Source of the DNA: a virus
Taxonomy: Duplodnaviria; Heunggongvirae; Uroviricota; Caudoviricetes
DNA: 64,000 nt
Reading direction: 5' to 3' (one strand)
Virus record (IMG/VR): IMGVR_UViG_3300043568_002650
Coordinates: 64,512-128,511 of that record
Below, one piece after another: positions 1 through 8,676 of the stretch; within the stretch, counting starts at the first letter, position 1, and each line of letters begins with the position of its first letter. The position numbers and the translations under genes are program-made. Under the pieces are notes generated by a model, which did not search any database, was not told the DNA's origin, and worked only from the letters and a program-made list of their open reading frames with translations.

Positions 1-142
1 CATTGCTTCCTTTGCCCACATACTTCGTTTCTTTCGTTTATTTATCCCTCTAGAAGCTATCAGATTTAGGGCTAGTTGCAAGTAGATACCTTCTCGCATC
101 GGATTGATAGCCAAGGTTGATAGCTTGGGGGTTTCCCGTTCG

Positions 143-154
143 GGACTCCGTAGT
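143..154 (+). repeat. GGACTCCGTAGT 12-mer, copy 1, in the 417-nt non-coding leader
   Basis: Exact 12-mer GGACTCCGTAGT, also at 382, 974 and 2173. All four copies are on the + strand. Confidence 0.6.
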
Positions 155-381
155 AAACGTAGGTTGCCCTTGCGGCATTACGGCTCACTAAAGGGATATC
201 GGGGTGCAGTAGACTGTCACCCGTGGTCGGGGTCATTGGGCTAGGTCTGCTGGTATGTTTGGGGTCTCTGCTATCTATAGGATCTCTGTTCCTGGGTCTT
301 GATAGGTAGTGTCCACTCTCTAGAGACTCCTATTCTTTTTCTCCCTATTCTGGTTTCTAGGTATTATAGTCACATAGTGCT

Positions 382-393
382 GGACTCCGTAGT
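382..393 (+). repeat. GGACTCCGTAGT 12-mer, copy 2, 25 nt upstream of the ATG at 418
   Basis: Exact repeat seen in sequence (tggactccgtagtgactagtaagataaataaaagagtATG). Confidence 0.6.
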
Positions 394-417
394 GACTAGT
401 AAGATAAATAAAAGAGT

Positions 418-963
418 ATGAAGTATATTAAGTTATTTGAGACCTATCAATGGTTAAATAAGGAGAGCTCTGACTCTGACGAGAGGGATTTTATCACTAC
501 TGTAGAGTCTCTGTTAGACTGGGCAGGTGGTCCTGAATGGAGCAGTGATTGGACCTGGCTCGAGGATATTTTGATGGTAGATGACGAACCCTTGGAGGAG
601 GGCGAGGCGATTGGTTACCATGAGTTGCTTAAAAGAGGTAGGGATCAGGAGATAGAGGTTTATTCTCAGCAGGTCGAAGGTCAGGTAGATAGCAGTTGGA
701 CTCTCGATGGGGTAAGCTTTACTCTTATCTCATGGGACTGGCCTTTTACTAGTGACCTAGGTGACCTAACAGATATTGAGAAAAGGGTAGTGGATCGATT
801 AGTTAAGGAGTTGACTGGGGATCGCGTCATGGACTTGGCGAATCTAGTTGATATTATTGAATACGTCCAGTTGGTGATTAGAGAGAAGGGCGAGGATCCC
901 GATAAGGTGAACTCAACGGGCTTTAAGAACTGGTATCTCTTACAGAGATCGGGTGCTAACTGA
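418..963 (+). CDS. hypothetical acidic Trp-rich protein with an N-terminal targeting-like motif (MKYIKLFETYQWLNKE)
   Basis: 181-aa ORF preceded by gataaataaaagagt. N-terminus resembles T4 CTS (KTYQEFIAE). Confidence 0.5.
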   Translation: MKYIKLFETYQWLNKESSDSDERDFITTVESLLDWAGGPEWSSDWTWLEDILMVDDEPLEEGEAIGYHELLKRGRDQEIEVYSQQVEGQVDSSWTLDGVSFTLISWDWPFTSDLGDLTDIEKRVVDRLVKELTGDRVMDLANLVDIIEYVQLVIREKGEDPDKVNSTGFKNWYLLQRSGAN

Positions 964-973
964 CCCTAGAGCC

Positions 974-985
974 GGACTCCGTAGT
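974..985 (+). repeat. GGACTCCGTAGT 12-mer, copy 3, upstream of the ATG at 1014, fused to a late-promoter-like motif
   Basis: ccGGACTCCGTAGTaataaataactaaaagg precedes ATG 1014. Confidence 0.6.
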
Positions 986-1013
986 AATAAATAACTAAAA
1001 GGTAGAAGAATAT

Positions 1014-1514
1014 ATGTTAAAGTCATTCTATGATTTTGTTAATGAGTCTCACTCTGATCAAGGGTTAGAGGATGCACGACACCTAATGGAACTGGGTATG
1101 ATCTCAGCCGGTGATTACTATCGAAAGCTGATTGAGCTTCGTACTGACGATATTAAGAGGTATGCAACTGCAGAATTTATAGTCACCTTTACTACTGGTT
1201 GGTTGGCTCAAAATGGATCGCGAGAGACTCAAGATTGGATCCTAAGGGAGATACCTAGGGTATTACCCGACGGTTTTCTACTCGATCCAGAATCGGTTGG
1301 TCTTGACTCTTGGGAAAGGGCTGACTATGAGGACGATTTGAGAGACGGCTTTGATCCAGAGGAGATATATGGAACCTTTGAAGTTGGGTATCCTGTTTTT
1401 GGGGATGAGGATCTTGATGCTAGAGTTGAGGAGAAACTCGATCAGCTCTATCTAGAGATTCATCAAATGGAGGACATGTTTACTGAAGTCGGCATGGATT
1501 CTAATTATAAATAA
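1014..1514 (+). CDS. hypothetical protein with N-terminal FYDFVNE motif (CTS-like)
   Basis: 166-aa ORF. ATAAATAACTAAAA motif 12 nt upstream. N-terminus MLKSFYDFVNES. Confidence 0.5.
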   Translation: MLKSFYDFVNESHSDQGLEDARHLMELGMISAGDYYRKLIELRTDDIKRYATAEFIVTFTTGWLAQNGSRETQDWILREIPRVLPDGFLLDPESVGLDSWERADYEDDLRDGFDPEEIYGTFEVGYPVFGDEDLDARVEEKLDQLYLEIHQMEDMFTEVGMDSNYK

Positions 1515-1534
1515 CTGGAATAGAGAGTTTAGGC

Positions 1535-2122
1535 TTAGTCGTGACTCCAGTCGCTAGTGTCTTCAATAGTGTCATCATCCACTTCCTCATTGAACCCATC
1601 AATGATCTCAAGGATATCCTCTACCTTAAGTATTGATATTGGACCGTTATATGACCAGGTAGCATCATACGAGTTTTCATCATCTTCGTCTTCATCATCT
1701 TCGTCTTCATACCCTTCTTCAAAGTCCCGGTTAGCATAGAGTGCTCTTAGCTCAAGAGAGGAGTCTCCGCCGAGGTAGACTACCACGGTTACCGGGTCGT
1801 CATACTGCCGCTCATACTCATAATTATTATAGTGGTTCTGTGCCATGTTTACCAGGTCTGAACTAAGTGTAAACTCAATCGTGTTATAGGGAGTTTTGTA
1901 AACTACTGGTTTTCCCCAAATATCAGGTTCTGCAAGGTGTCGACTCTCTAGGTCCTGTAGTAGACTATCTACCCATCCAGTAGGGTCAATCTTCTTAGCT
2001 CCTCTTGTAAACTCAAGAGGATCGATTAGTCCCAAGTCAAGCAGATTTTGTAGGTCACCTGGACTCAGCTGACCTGAGGGCTCTTCATTTTCGTTTATCC
2101 ATTCCTGAAATCCTTTAATCAT
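1535..2122 (-). CDS. hypothetical highly acidic protein with N-terminal FQEWINE motif (CTS-like)
   Basis: 195-aa ORF with DEDEDEDD tract encoded by a 15-nt tandem duplication. MIKGFQEWINENEE N-terminus. TTGATAAATAAAAAAAA lies upstream on the minus strand. Confidence 0.5.
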   Translation of the reverse strand: MIKGFQEWINENEEPSGQLSPGDLQNLLDLGLIDPLEFTRGAKKIDPTGWVDSLLQDLESRHLAEPDIWGKPVVYKTPYNTIEFTLSSDLVNMAQNHYNNYEYERQYDDPVTVVVYLGGDSSLELRALYANRDFEEGYEDEDDEDEDDENSYDATWSYNGPISILKVEDILEIIDGFNEEVDDDTIEDTSDWSHD

Positions 2123-2142
2123 GACGGGTCTCTATTTTTTTT

Positions 2143-2415
2143 TTATTTATCAACCAGATTGGACCCAGAGTCGGACTCCGTAGTCCCAGTAGTGGTGTCA
2201 TGGAAGATCTGACCTAGGTGAAACATGTTTCGTAGGGCAAGTATCCGCTCTTCTCGGGTCTCTACTGTACTCTCTAAGCGGGTAGCAAGCTCTTCGACTA
2301 TCATAAGTTCTAGATTAGGCGAGCTGAATCCTTCCATTCGGTGCACGCTCTTTACCAATTCTTCTCCTAGACTCTCCAAGTTATTTTTCATGCTCCTTCT
2401 TTTTAACCTGTTCAA
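2143..2415 (-). CDS. hypothetical 90-aa charged protein
   Basis: ORF only. It overlaps the next gene by 35 nt. Confidence 0.3.
   Translation of the reverse strand: MNRLKRRSMKNNLESLGEELVKSVHRMEGFSSPNLELMIVEELATRLESTVETREERILALRNMFHLGQIFHDTTTGTTESDSGSNLVDK
2173..2184 (+). repeat. GGACTCCGTAGT 12-mer, copy 4
   Basis: Exact repeat in the divergent region upstream of the minus-strand gene 1535..2122 and inside the 3' end of ORF 2143..2415. Confidence 0.55.
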
Positions 2416-3145
2416 ACCAATCTTTAGGATTTTTATATCCTTGTTCTTTGGATATAAATGCAGTTTCTAAATACTGCTCAATGATAGATGGTATTTGTTC
2501 CTGTTGCCATTGAGCACCTGCAATCCAGTTATCTGTTTTACAGATGTTCGGGTCTGCAAGATTGGCTGCAACCTCTTCAATCGTTTCTTGTTTAGGTTTA
2601 CATTCCTCACAGTACAGGTCTTCGGTTAGTCCTTCTGAAATGATTACATAACATTTTCCACAAAGTGTTGCTCCTCTACCATTATTAAATTTATGTATGG
2701 GTTTAGGTTCTTCTTGTGGAATAATTATTTTGTAATCAAAAAATCCTTTAGGATAATCATCTATAAATTCTACAACATGATGTCTTTCTTTAAAAACCTC
2801 AACTTCTTCACAACTTGGATTATTCACAAACCATTCTAAAAACTCATCATCAATAGCTTGTACACCATCTTTGATAAGGTCTTGGTCAGTTGTTAGGATA
2901 ATTACATTTTGCTTTTCTCCGTATTGAGCACCACTAGAGTTCCTTGGTTTATTTAAGTACTTATCTAAATACCATTGGTCAACTCCTTCTTTAATTTCTT
3001 CTAAATTAGTGATGTAGATGTTTTGATTTATATTAAACCCATTTTTTTGTTGTGTAAATTCTATACTTGTAAATGATAATTCTTCACTTATATTTCTATA
3101 CAATATACTTGGTTTGTCTGTTGGTAAAATGTGAATGTTTTTCAT
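2381..3145 (-). CDS. hypothetical protein whose C-terminus carries an AANLADPNICKTDNWIAGAQW module
   Basis: 254-aa ORF. The C-terminal 25 aa are near-identical to ORF 5850..6038. Confidence 0.5.
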   Translation of the reverse strand: MKNIHILPTDKPSILYRNISEELSFTSIEFTQQKNGFNINQNIYITNLEEIKEGVDQWYLDKYLNKPRNSSGAQYGEKQNVIILTTDQDLIKDGVQAIDDEFLEWFVNNPSCEEVEVFKERHHVVEFIDDYPKGFFDYKIIIPQEEPKPIHKFNNGRGATLCGKCYVIISEGLTEDLYCEECKPKQETIEEVAANLADPNICKTDNWIAGAQWQQEQIPSIIEQYLETAFISKEQGYKNPKDWFEQVKKKEHEK

Positions 3146-3165
3146 AATATTAGTTTTTGCTTGAA

Positions 3166-3176
3166 TTATTATACTA
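3166..3176 (-). promoter_or_regulatory. sigma70-like -10 (TAGTATAATAA on the minus strand) upstream of gene 2381..3145
   Basis: Reverse complement of ttattatacta. One of many TAGTATAAT elements immediately 5' of minus-strand genes. Confidence 0.4.
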
Positions 3177-3199
3177 AAGTGATACTATATTTTAAAAAT

Positions 3200-3475
3200 C
3201 TACTTGATCCTAATCTCTTCGATTGAGCACTGACCAAACTCTTCTAGGTTGCTGTGTGCTGACCACGTATTCAGTGACAGATTGTATGTTGGAGAATCCT
3301 CGTCATCTGTGTCACTAAATGCTTTGGCAACATGGTCGCTCATGGCTCCAAGAACTCGATTTGCCTTTTTGGCATACTGGTTAGCGTCTTCCCTTTTATA
3401 GAAAGCCTTTAGGTTTCGGGTGTAGTGTGAGTCCCAGCTCGAAAAACTGGCCGTGACTAAAAATATCTTTTCCAT
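3200..3475 (-). CDS. hypothetical protein
   Basis: 91-aa ORF. AGTATAATAAC -10 lies upstream at 3485-3495. Confidence 0.4.
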   Translation of the reverse strand: MEKIFLVTASFSSWDSHYTRNLKAFYKREDANQYAKKANRVLGAMSDHVAKAFSDTDDEDSPTYNLSLNTWSAHSNLEEFGQCSIEEIRIK

Positions 3476-3499
3476 ATATAGAGTTATTATACTAAAAAA

Positions 3500-3516
3500 G
3501 ATAAATAACTAAAATA
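3500..3516 (+). promoter_or_regulatory. late-promoter-like motif GATAAATAACTAAAATA
   Basis: Conserved motif 11 nt before ATG 3527. Resembles the T4 late promoter TATAAATA. The same 17-mer recurs at 11997, 19649 and 47057. Confidence 0.55.
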
Positions 3517-3526
3517 ACTTCTAAAT

Positions 3527-4333
3527 ATGTCGTTTATCAATTGGGGCTCAGAGAGTCAGGAACAAAAGGAGATCCGCAAGAGGATAGAGGAACAGATGCT
3601 ATATGAACAGGCTGTGTATCGTGCATCACTTGCAGCTACGGCAGCCGTTGGAGGCGGGGGCCAAGCTAATAATCTACCTCTATCTGGTGATCTTACCCTA
3701 GTCTTTACTGACTTTGTGACAGTTGATCTCATCCTAGCTGGTGGATTCGATAGTCTCCCTGACTGGAATACTGCACTTGTAGATTCAGGCACTCCATATA
3801 CCTCAATTATTGTTGATGAGCCGAATTTTACAGTATACTTAAGTGGCGGCTCAGGTATAACCCTGACTCCGCATGCTTTTGATGGAGTGGTTGAAGGGTC
3901 TACTGGCCTAGGCGATGATCTAGTCTCAATTGTAGATACGGGTAGTATTATTGCAGCTAGCGGTTGGGCTTTTTATTATTGTGATCTTCTTCAAACGTGT
4001 ATCCTGCCTGCCGTGACTACTCTTGGTGATAATGATTTTGAGGGTTGTACTCTACTTAATGAGCTTCTCTTGCCTGTAGTAACTGAGGTTGGATTCCAAT
4101 GTTTCTATGGTGCATTTAATACTGCCACATCACCAATCACATTTGACCTGCCGTCGTGTACCTCATTTGGCACCCAAGCATTTACTTCGTACGACGGTGA
4201 ATACTATAGTGGAACTACTGAAGTAGACACACCAACAGTATTGACAGCTACCTTTGCTAGTACCGTGATTGCAAACCCTGATGTAGTATTATTCCTTGCA
4301 CAAAATACTGGTGTAGCGGCAGTGTATGTTTAA
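3527..4333 (+). CDS. structural/fibre-like protein with the conserved N-terminal module MSFINWGSESQEQKEIRKR...
   Basis: 268-aa ORF. Its N-terminal 45 aa are shared with ORFs at 12024 and 15898. Gly/Thr/Ser-rich body. Late-type promoter. Confidence 0.55.
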   Translation: MSFINWGSESQEQKEIRKRIEEQMLYEQAVYRASLAATAAVGGGGQANNLPLSGDLTLVFTDFVTVDLILAGGFDSLPDWNTALVDSGTPYTSIIVDEPNFTVYLSGGSGITLTPHAFDGVVEGSTGLGDDLVSIVDTGSIIAASGWAFYYCDLLQTCILPAVTTLGDNDFEGCTLLNELLLPVVTEVGFQCFYGAFNTATSPITFDLPSCTSFGTQAFTSYDGEYYSGTTEVDTPTVLTATFASTVIANPDVVLFLAQNTGVAAVYV

Positions 4334-4796
4334 GCTAGAGGATCACCTATGGAGAGATATATTCTCGGCAGAAGATGAGATCCAATTAGATAGAGCAATA
4401 CCTGACCTTACCCGAAAGTACAGTCGACAAATCTTACGCTATGGGGTTTCAAAGTATCAGAACAATCTTGTCTCAGTCGAGGTACCTCAATACCTGCTAG
4501 ATTTAGCTAGTCGACTTACTCAGTTAGGCATGCTTAAATTTGTTCCACAGGACTATACAATTAATATCTACAAACCAGGTGATTCAATTGGTTATCATAT
4601 TGACCTCGGCGACGACGATACAGTTATCCTAAATCTACTCTGCCCAGTCACCTTTAACCTAAAAAAGGGTGCAGAACTGGTCTCCTTTGAGTTTCCGCAA
4701 AGATCTGTTTTTTTGCTGACTGGTGAGTGGAGAAACCTTTGGGAGCACTCGATTGAACCAGTAAAAGACCGCCGATTATCTATTGTTTTTAGATAG
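4326..4796 (+). CDS. 2OG-Fe(II) oxygenase superfamily protein
   Basis: HxD (YHIDLGDD), downstream His (WEHSIEP) and C-terminal RLSIVFR (RxS 2OG-binding) motifs. Confidence 0.5.
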   Translation: MFKLEDHLWRDIFSAEDEIQLDRAIPDLTRKYSRQILRYGVSKYQNNLVSVEVPQYLLDLASRLTQLGMLKFVPQDYTINIYKPGDSIGYHIDLGDDDTVILNLLCPVTFNLKKGAELVSFEFPQRSVFLLTGEWRNLWEHSIEPVKDRRLSIVFR

Positions 4797-4854
4797 TGAT
4801 AGTAATAAATCACCTAAATAATGTAGGACTAGTCTTGACCGTGTCAGCTTCCAT

Positions 4855-4871
4855 GATAAATAATAAAAATA
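4855..4871 (+). promoter_or_regulatory. late-promoter-like motif GATAAATAATAAAAATA
   Basis: 14 nt upstream of ATG 4885. Confidence 0.45.
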
Positions 4872-4884
4872 GAAGAATTATACT

Positions 4885-5829
4885 ATGAACTACCTATTAA
4901 ATTATAGAAAATGGAGATCTATCTATGAGGCAGAAGAGTCGAGTGAAAGCCAAAAATCCCTTGTGTTACTCTCTGGACCCAGTGCGTCAGGTAAGACCTA
5001 CTTTGCAATGAACCGACTAAAGGCAAAACACTGGTATTCTGATCTTACTGCCAAGACAGTGCTGATTGGTACTGATAACTTTAATGACAATACAATAGGT
5101 CCTATCTTTATTAAACTAGTAGAGGATTCAGGTATGCCAGCCCTTGCCAAGATTGCAAGCCAAGTTGACAGTCCTCATATCCTTAAGTTATACGATACTG
5201 AGTTTGCACAGTGGAGCAAAAGCGCAAGTCCAGAGGAGAAGAGCAAATATGAAGAGCTTGAACGTGTTGCGGGATACGATCCAAAAAAGTGCAAGGCAAC
5301 TGTTAGGAAGCAACAGGGAAAGGATGGTGACGGACGTGTTAGTGCCATGGCATGGGCAGCACACCTATTGCCTGCAACTGAAATACTTTTTGATGATATC
5401 GGCGACGCAATCAAGAACTACTATGCTGAAGGAGAGATCAGTGACGTTCTTCTTTTTACTCCGCTAGACTACTACTTAGGTAATATAATTTCTCGTAATG
5501 GGAGCAGTAATAAGGCAGAGAAGATAGACACATCGAATCGAGACGCAGGTATCTATCAGTATTGTGACTGGTATAGAGCAGTCGCTGAACCTGACTTAGA
5601 TGATAAGCAGTATTCTGCTGAGGACATGAAAAGCAAGCTTGAAGCCGCCGGTTACTCAAATTCTGATGAACTTCTTCGACTCTTAGGAGTCACTCCTGAA
5701 CTTGAAGAAGGTTTCTATATTGGATTAAAAGACTGGGTAAAGCCTAATACTATCATTAATTCGCGTGACAAGAGCACCGGACGCGCGCAATCAGTCGATG
5801 ACTTTAATTCTTTCTCAGCTCTTCTATAA
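4885..5829 (+). CDS. P-loop kinase-like protein (Walker A GPSASGKT)
   Basis: LLSGPSASGKTYFAMNRL Walker A near the N-terminus, resembling zeta-toxin/polynucleotide-kinase-type P-loop kinases. N-terminus contains SIYEAEE. Confidence 0.5.
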   Translation: MNYLLNYRKWRSIYEAEESSESQKSLVLLSGPSASGKTYFAMNRLKAKHWYSDLTAKTVLIGTDNFNDNTIGPIFIKLVEDSGMPALAKIASQVDSPHILKLYDTEFAQWSKSASPEEKSKYEELERVAGYDPKKCKATVRKQQGKDGDGRVSAMAWAAHLLPATEILFDDIGDAIKNYYAEGEISDVLLFTPLDYYLGNIISRNGSSNKAEKIDTSNRDAGIYQYCDWYRAVAEPDLDDKQYSAEDMKSKLEAAGYSNSDELLRLLGVTPELEEGFYIGLKDWVKPNTIINSRDKSTGRAQSVDDFNSFSALL

Positions 5830-5849
5830 TAAGTTCTAGATTAGGCTAG

Positions 5850-6038
5850 CTAAAACATTCCATTTGCTTTCCACTCTTTCCAAGTATCGAAGTCCTTGAG
5901 TTTTTCAAGGTCCTCTCTGCTGTAAATCTTATCAGTATTCTCAGCATACCATTGGGCTCCAGCTATCCAGTTCTCAGTCTTGCAGATATTTGGATCTGCT
6001 AAATTTGCTGCAGCACGCTCTATCTCTTCCGTATTCAT
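5850..6038 (-). CDS. small protein carrying the AANLADPNICKTENWIAGAQW module
   Basis: 62-aa ORF. Shares its module with the C-terminus of 2381..3145 at both protein and nucleotide level. Confidence 0.4.
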   Translation of the reverse strand: MNTEEIERAAANLADPNICKTENWIAGAQWYAENTDKIYSREDLEKLKDFDTWKEWKANGMF

Positions 6039-6039
6039 G

Positions 6040-6279
6040 TTATTTGTCTACTCGATAATAAACTGGCTCCTCTACTCTAAGATATTTAGGAGGATCCATC
6101 TTTCCGCCCGCTTCTATCCATGTGACTAAGGTTGCAAGTAGAATAACTGTTGCGATTGATGTGATGTATAGTGAGATCTTAAAAGATCTAGGTGTCATAT
6201 CTCCAAGGGCAGAGATCACTAGTGCAGCGGCGATTGTTGCAGCCGTTGAGAGGACAAGTAAAGTTGTTAAGTATTCCAT
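6040..6279 (-). CDS. small two-TM membrane protein
   Basis: 79-aa ORF with two hydrophobic helices. Confidence 0.4.
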   Translation of the reverse strand: MEYLTTLLVLSTAATIAAALVISALGDMTPRSFKISLYITSIATVILLATLVTWIEAGGKMDPPKYLRVEEPVYYRVDK

Positions 6280-6284
6280 AATCC

Positions 6285-6704
6285 TTATTTTACCTGAATC
6301 ATTTTAATTGTTTTGCAGTTAAGCCACTTAGTTATTGGTGAACCAATAAAGAGCCCGATATAATCTTCAGTACCAAAGGGTTCATCTTGTAGAGTCATTG
6401 TTAGTCCATCAAAGAATGATGCACCAGATGTCCAAATTGATACATGATAGACTGACCCATCAATCACTAGTCTATATTGAGATAGCCCTCCCATAAATTG
6501 AAAGTCATTAAGGTGTTCTACCTTCACCTTACCTCTACGTAGGAGCCGATAGAGTTTCCAGCGGTTCTTCCAATAGTGAGGTACAAAGAACATCTCGTAT
6601 GCTCCCCAAAAAGGTAGGCACATAGTTGGTATCATTAGGATACACGCGATTACTATTCGAAGGGTCGCATTGCCCTCCTTTACAAAGTGTTTAGTCATTT
6701 TCAA
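6285..6704 (-). CDS. membrane protein
   Basis: 139-aa ORF with a hydrophobic segment IVIACILMIPTMCLPFWGAY. Confidence 0.4.
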   Translation of the reverse strand: MKMTKHFVKEGNATLRIVIACILMIPTMCLPFWGAYEMFFVPHYWKNRWKLYRLLRRGKVKVEHLNDFQFMGGLSQYRLVIDGSVYHVSIWTSGASFFDGLTMTLQDEPFGTEDYIGLFIGSPITKWLNCKTIKMIQVK

Positions 6705-6733
6705 ATTCTCCTTTAATCTTATTTAGTGATTTT

Positions 6734-6988
6734 TTACTTTACTTGAATCATCGTAACACTTTCCACTCCACGATAGATAAGAATGTGAACAGTATCATCA
6801 ATAGTTATCTTATATAAACCTTTATAAACTTCTTCAGACAACTTTTCAATCTCTAAACGATTAACGTGATCTGGAGTAGAGCCGTCAAGTTTCTTAACAG
6901 AATTTCCTGGTGACTCTTGTGGAAAACTACATGCCATAAATACTAACGGCAATACTAATAGTAACTTTTTCATATGTTTATTATTCAC
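6734..6988 (-). CDS. small secreted/lipoprotein-like protein
   Basis: Signal peptide MKKLLLVLPLVFMACS with a lipobox-like FMAC. Confidence 0.4.
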   Translation of the reverse strand: MNNKHMKKLLLVLPLVFMACSFPQESPGNSVKKLDGSTPDHVNRLEIEKLSEEVYKGLYKITIDDTVHILIYRGVESVTMIQVK

Positions 6989-7373
6989 CTTTCAGAGTTT
7001 TTAATTGTTCCTCAAGCCTTTTAATTTTAGCTTCATCACTTTCCTTTTTATCCTGATCACGCTTAGCAATATACTTAGCTACCTCATCCGGTGTAGATAA
7101 TCTAAACTCGACTCCATACACTTCTAATTCTTGATGGTCACAGTGCCAATCACATGCAACATAGTTGGCGCCTTTTGAGTTTAGCTCAACTAGTGTAGAG
7201 ATAAGCTCATCGATTTTGACAAGACCTGCTTCTAAATAGAGAGCATCTCCAAATGTCTTAGTGTCTGAGTGGATATCCCAATCTAATCCTAAGTCTTCTT
7301 CTGATCGAGCTACAATGTCTTTGCGCCCAATACTCTTTAAGTTAAAAAATATTTCCTTGCTCATTTGTTCCAA
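6981..7373 (-). CDS. hypothetical protein
   Basis: 130-aa ORF. C-terminus is coiled-coil-like. Confidence 0.4.
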   Translation of the reverse strand: MEQMSKEIFFNLKSIGRKDIVARSEEDLGLDWDIHSDTKTFGDALYLEAGLVKIDELISTLVELNSKGANYVACDWHCDHQELEVYGVEFRLSTPDEVAKYIAKRDQDKKESDEAKIKRLEEQLKTLKGE

Positions 7374-7909
7374 TCTATTTTAGGACAGTACTTATTATAT
7401 TTAGCCTTGATAAATTCAATAATAATGCTCTGCTTCTCTTCGTATGGTACATAGTCAGGGTTGCGGATATTGTCTCCATTCTCGTCCCAAATCCACTCAC
7501 GTTGAGTGTGTCGGCGATTATCTCTTCTCTTTTTATAGAGGTGAAGTATGATAAAAACTATTGAGGAGATGATTGTAATCATCCAAATAAGGATTCCAGT
7601 TCCTTGCCAAATACGAAATGTTGTATTAGGATTGAACCAGCCCCAAAAGAGGTATGTCACTGGAAATATTGCTAGAAAAGCAATAAATACTATTCCCCAA
7701 AGAACAGCTCCTCCAAGTAGACGCAATGGCCAATCATCAGCCTTTTCTTTAGCCATAACTAATGGCAAGGAGATTAGACCTACTGGTGCAAGAAATACCC
7801 ACATGATTACAAGCTTCCAAAAGTATGGACATAGTGTTTGAGGCATATCCTTTGCCATGTAGAACCAGCGATATAACTGAGCTGAGATACTGTTGTGATT
7901 TAATTTCAT
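7361..7909 (-). CDS. multi-pass membrane protein
   Basis: 182-aa ORF with at least four hydrophobic helices. Confidence 0.45.
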   Translation of the reverse strand: MKLNHNSISAQLYRWFYMAKDMPQTLCPYFWKLVIMWVFLAPVGLISLPLVMAKEKADDWPLRLLGGAVLWGIVFIAFLAIFPVTYLFWGWFNPNTTFRIWQGTGILIWMITIISSIVFIILHLYKKRRDNRRHTQREWIWDENGDNIRNPDYVPYEEKQSIIIEFIKAKYNKYCPKIDWNK

Positions 7910-7932
7910 AATTTATGTTTTTAGTTATTATA

Positions 7933-8328
7933 CTACTTTATTCTATTCTTTTCTCGGTCGACCTCAACTTTATTTAAAAAGGCCACGAATTCATGGATAA
8001 TCAGTTCATCACTCATTCCCTGATGTCTAAGCTCCCAGCCCATCACAAATGCATCGTTAATTTCTCGCTCAGTATATCTAAGATCCTTTATGAAATTGTA
8101 TACTTTAGAGTGACTTGGCTTCGCATCCTTATGCTCCTTTGGATAATTCCACTGCTTGCCTTGGCTATCAGTAATATCGAACTCGCCATCAATAAATGCA
8201 TATAACCCATCAATCATAAGAGTTACGCATACTTCACCATATTGATCCTGAATCTCGATCTGATAATTGTTGATTTTTATTGCACTTAAGCAGTCACCTT
8301 CGTAATTAATTAATCCTAGTTTTTTCAT
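7933..8328 (-). CDS. hypothetical protein
   Basis: 131-aa ORF. Confidence 0.4.
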   Translation of the reverse strand: MKKLGLINYEGDCLSAIKINNYQIEIQDQYGEVCVTLMIDGLYAFIDGEFDITDSQGKQWNYPKEHKDAKPSHSKVYNFIKDLRYTEREINDAFVMGWELRHQGMSDELIIHEFVAFLNKVEVDREKNRIK

Positions 8329-8343
8329 TTCTATTTAGTTATT

Positions 8344-8676
8344 TTATCGTAATTTAATTTCATCAATTGTTGGACTGTTGATCTTTGTAGTAGTCGGTGA
8401 TTTAGTGTTAACCACTTCTGCAATCTTAACGAATTGTAATACCTTTGCCTCCTCAACATTTGGATTTCCACGAAGACTCTCGATATAGTTAATATGTTTC
8501 GACTTGTCTCCACTTTCATGTATCTCAATCTTCCAGTCAAGCCCAACTCTCTTTACTAGAGAAACATAAGTTGCATCAGATGGTGGAACAATTGTTTGAA
8601 CTGGTGATGCACATACTCCGTATGCAGTGTTATAATAACTTGAGTTAAGTGCGCTGCCTCCTATAATTATACTCAT
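8344..8676 (-). CDS. hypothetical protein
   Basis: 110-aa ORF, preferred over the overlapping 8331..8546 frame. Confidence 0.35.
   Translation of the reverse strand: MSIIIGGSALNSSYYNTAYGVCASPVQTIVPPSDATYVSLVKRVGLDWKIEIHESGDKSKHINYIESLRGNPNVEEAKVLQFVKIAEVVNTKSPTTTKINSPTIDEIKLR

Noticed and set aside
1676-1710. 15-nt direct tandem duplication (catcatcttcgtctt x2) as a possible regulatory repeat
   Set aside because: It lies inside gene 1535..2122 and simply encodes the DEDEDEDD acidic tract.
1557-1739. Antisense or shadow ORFs inside longer genes (for example 1557..1739, 2225..2470, 3556..3792, 5144..5467, 5175..5414, 12034..12255, 44577..45002, 47108..47496, 59161..59481, 60359..60655)
   Set aside because: They are low-complexity or Ser/Leu-rich translations opposite clearly coding, motif-bearing genes. 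The larger partner explains the region, and none of these ORFs carries the late-promoter or TATAAT -10 context seen at real starts.
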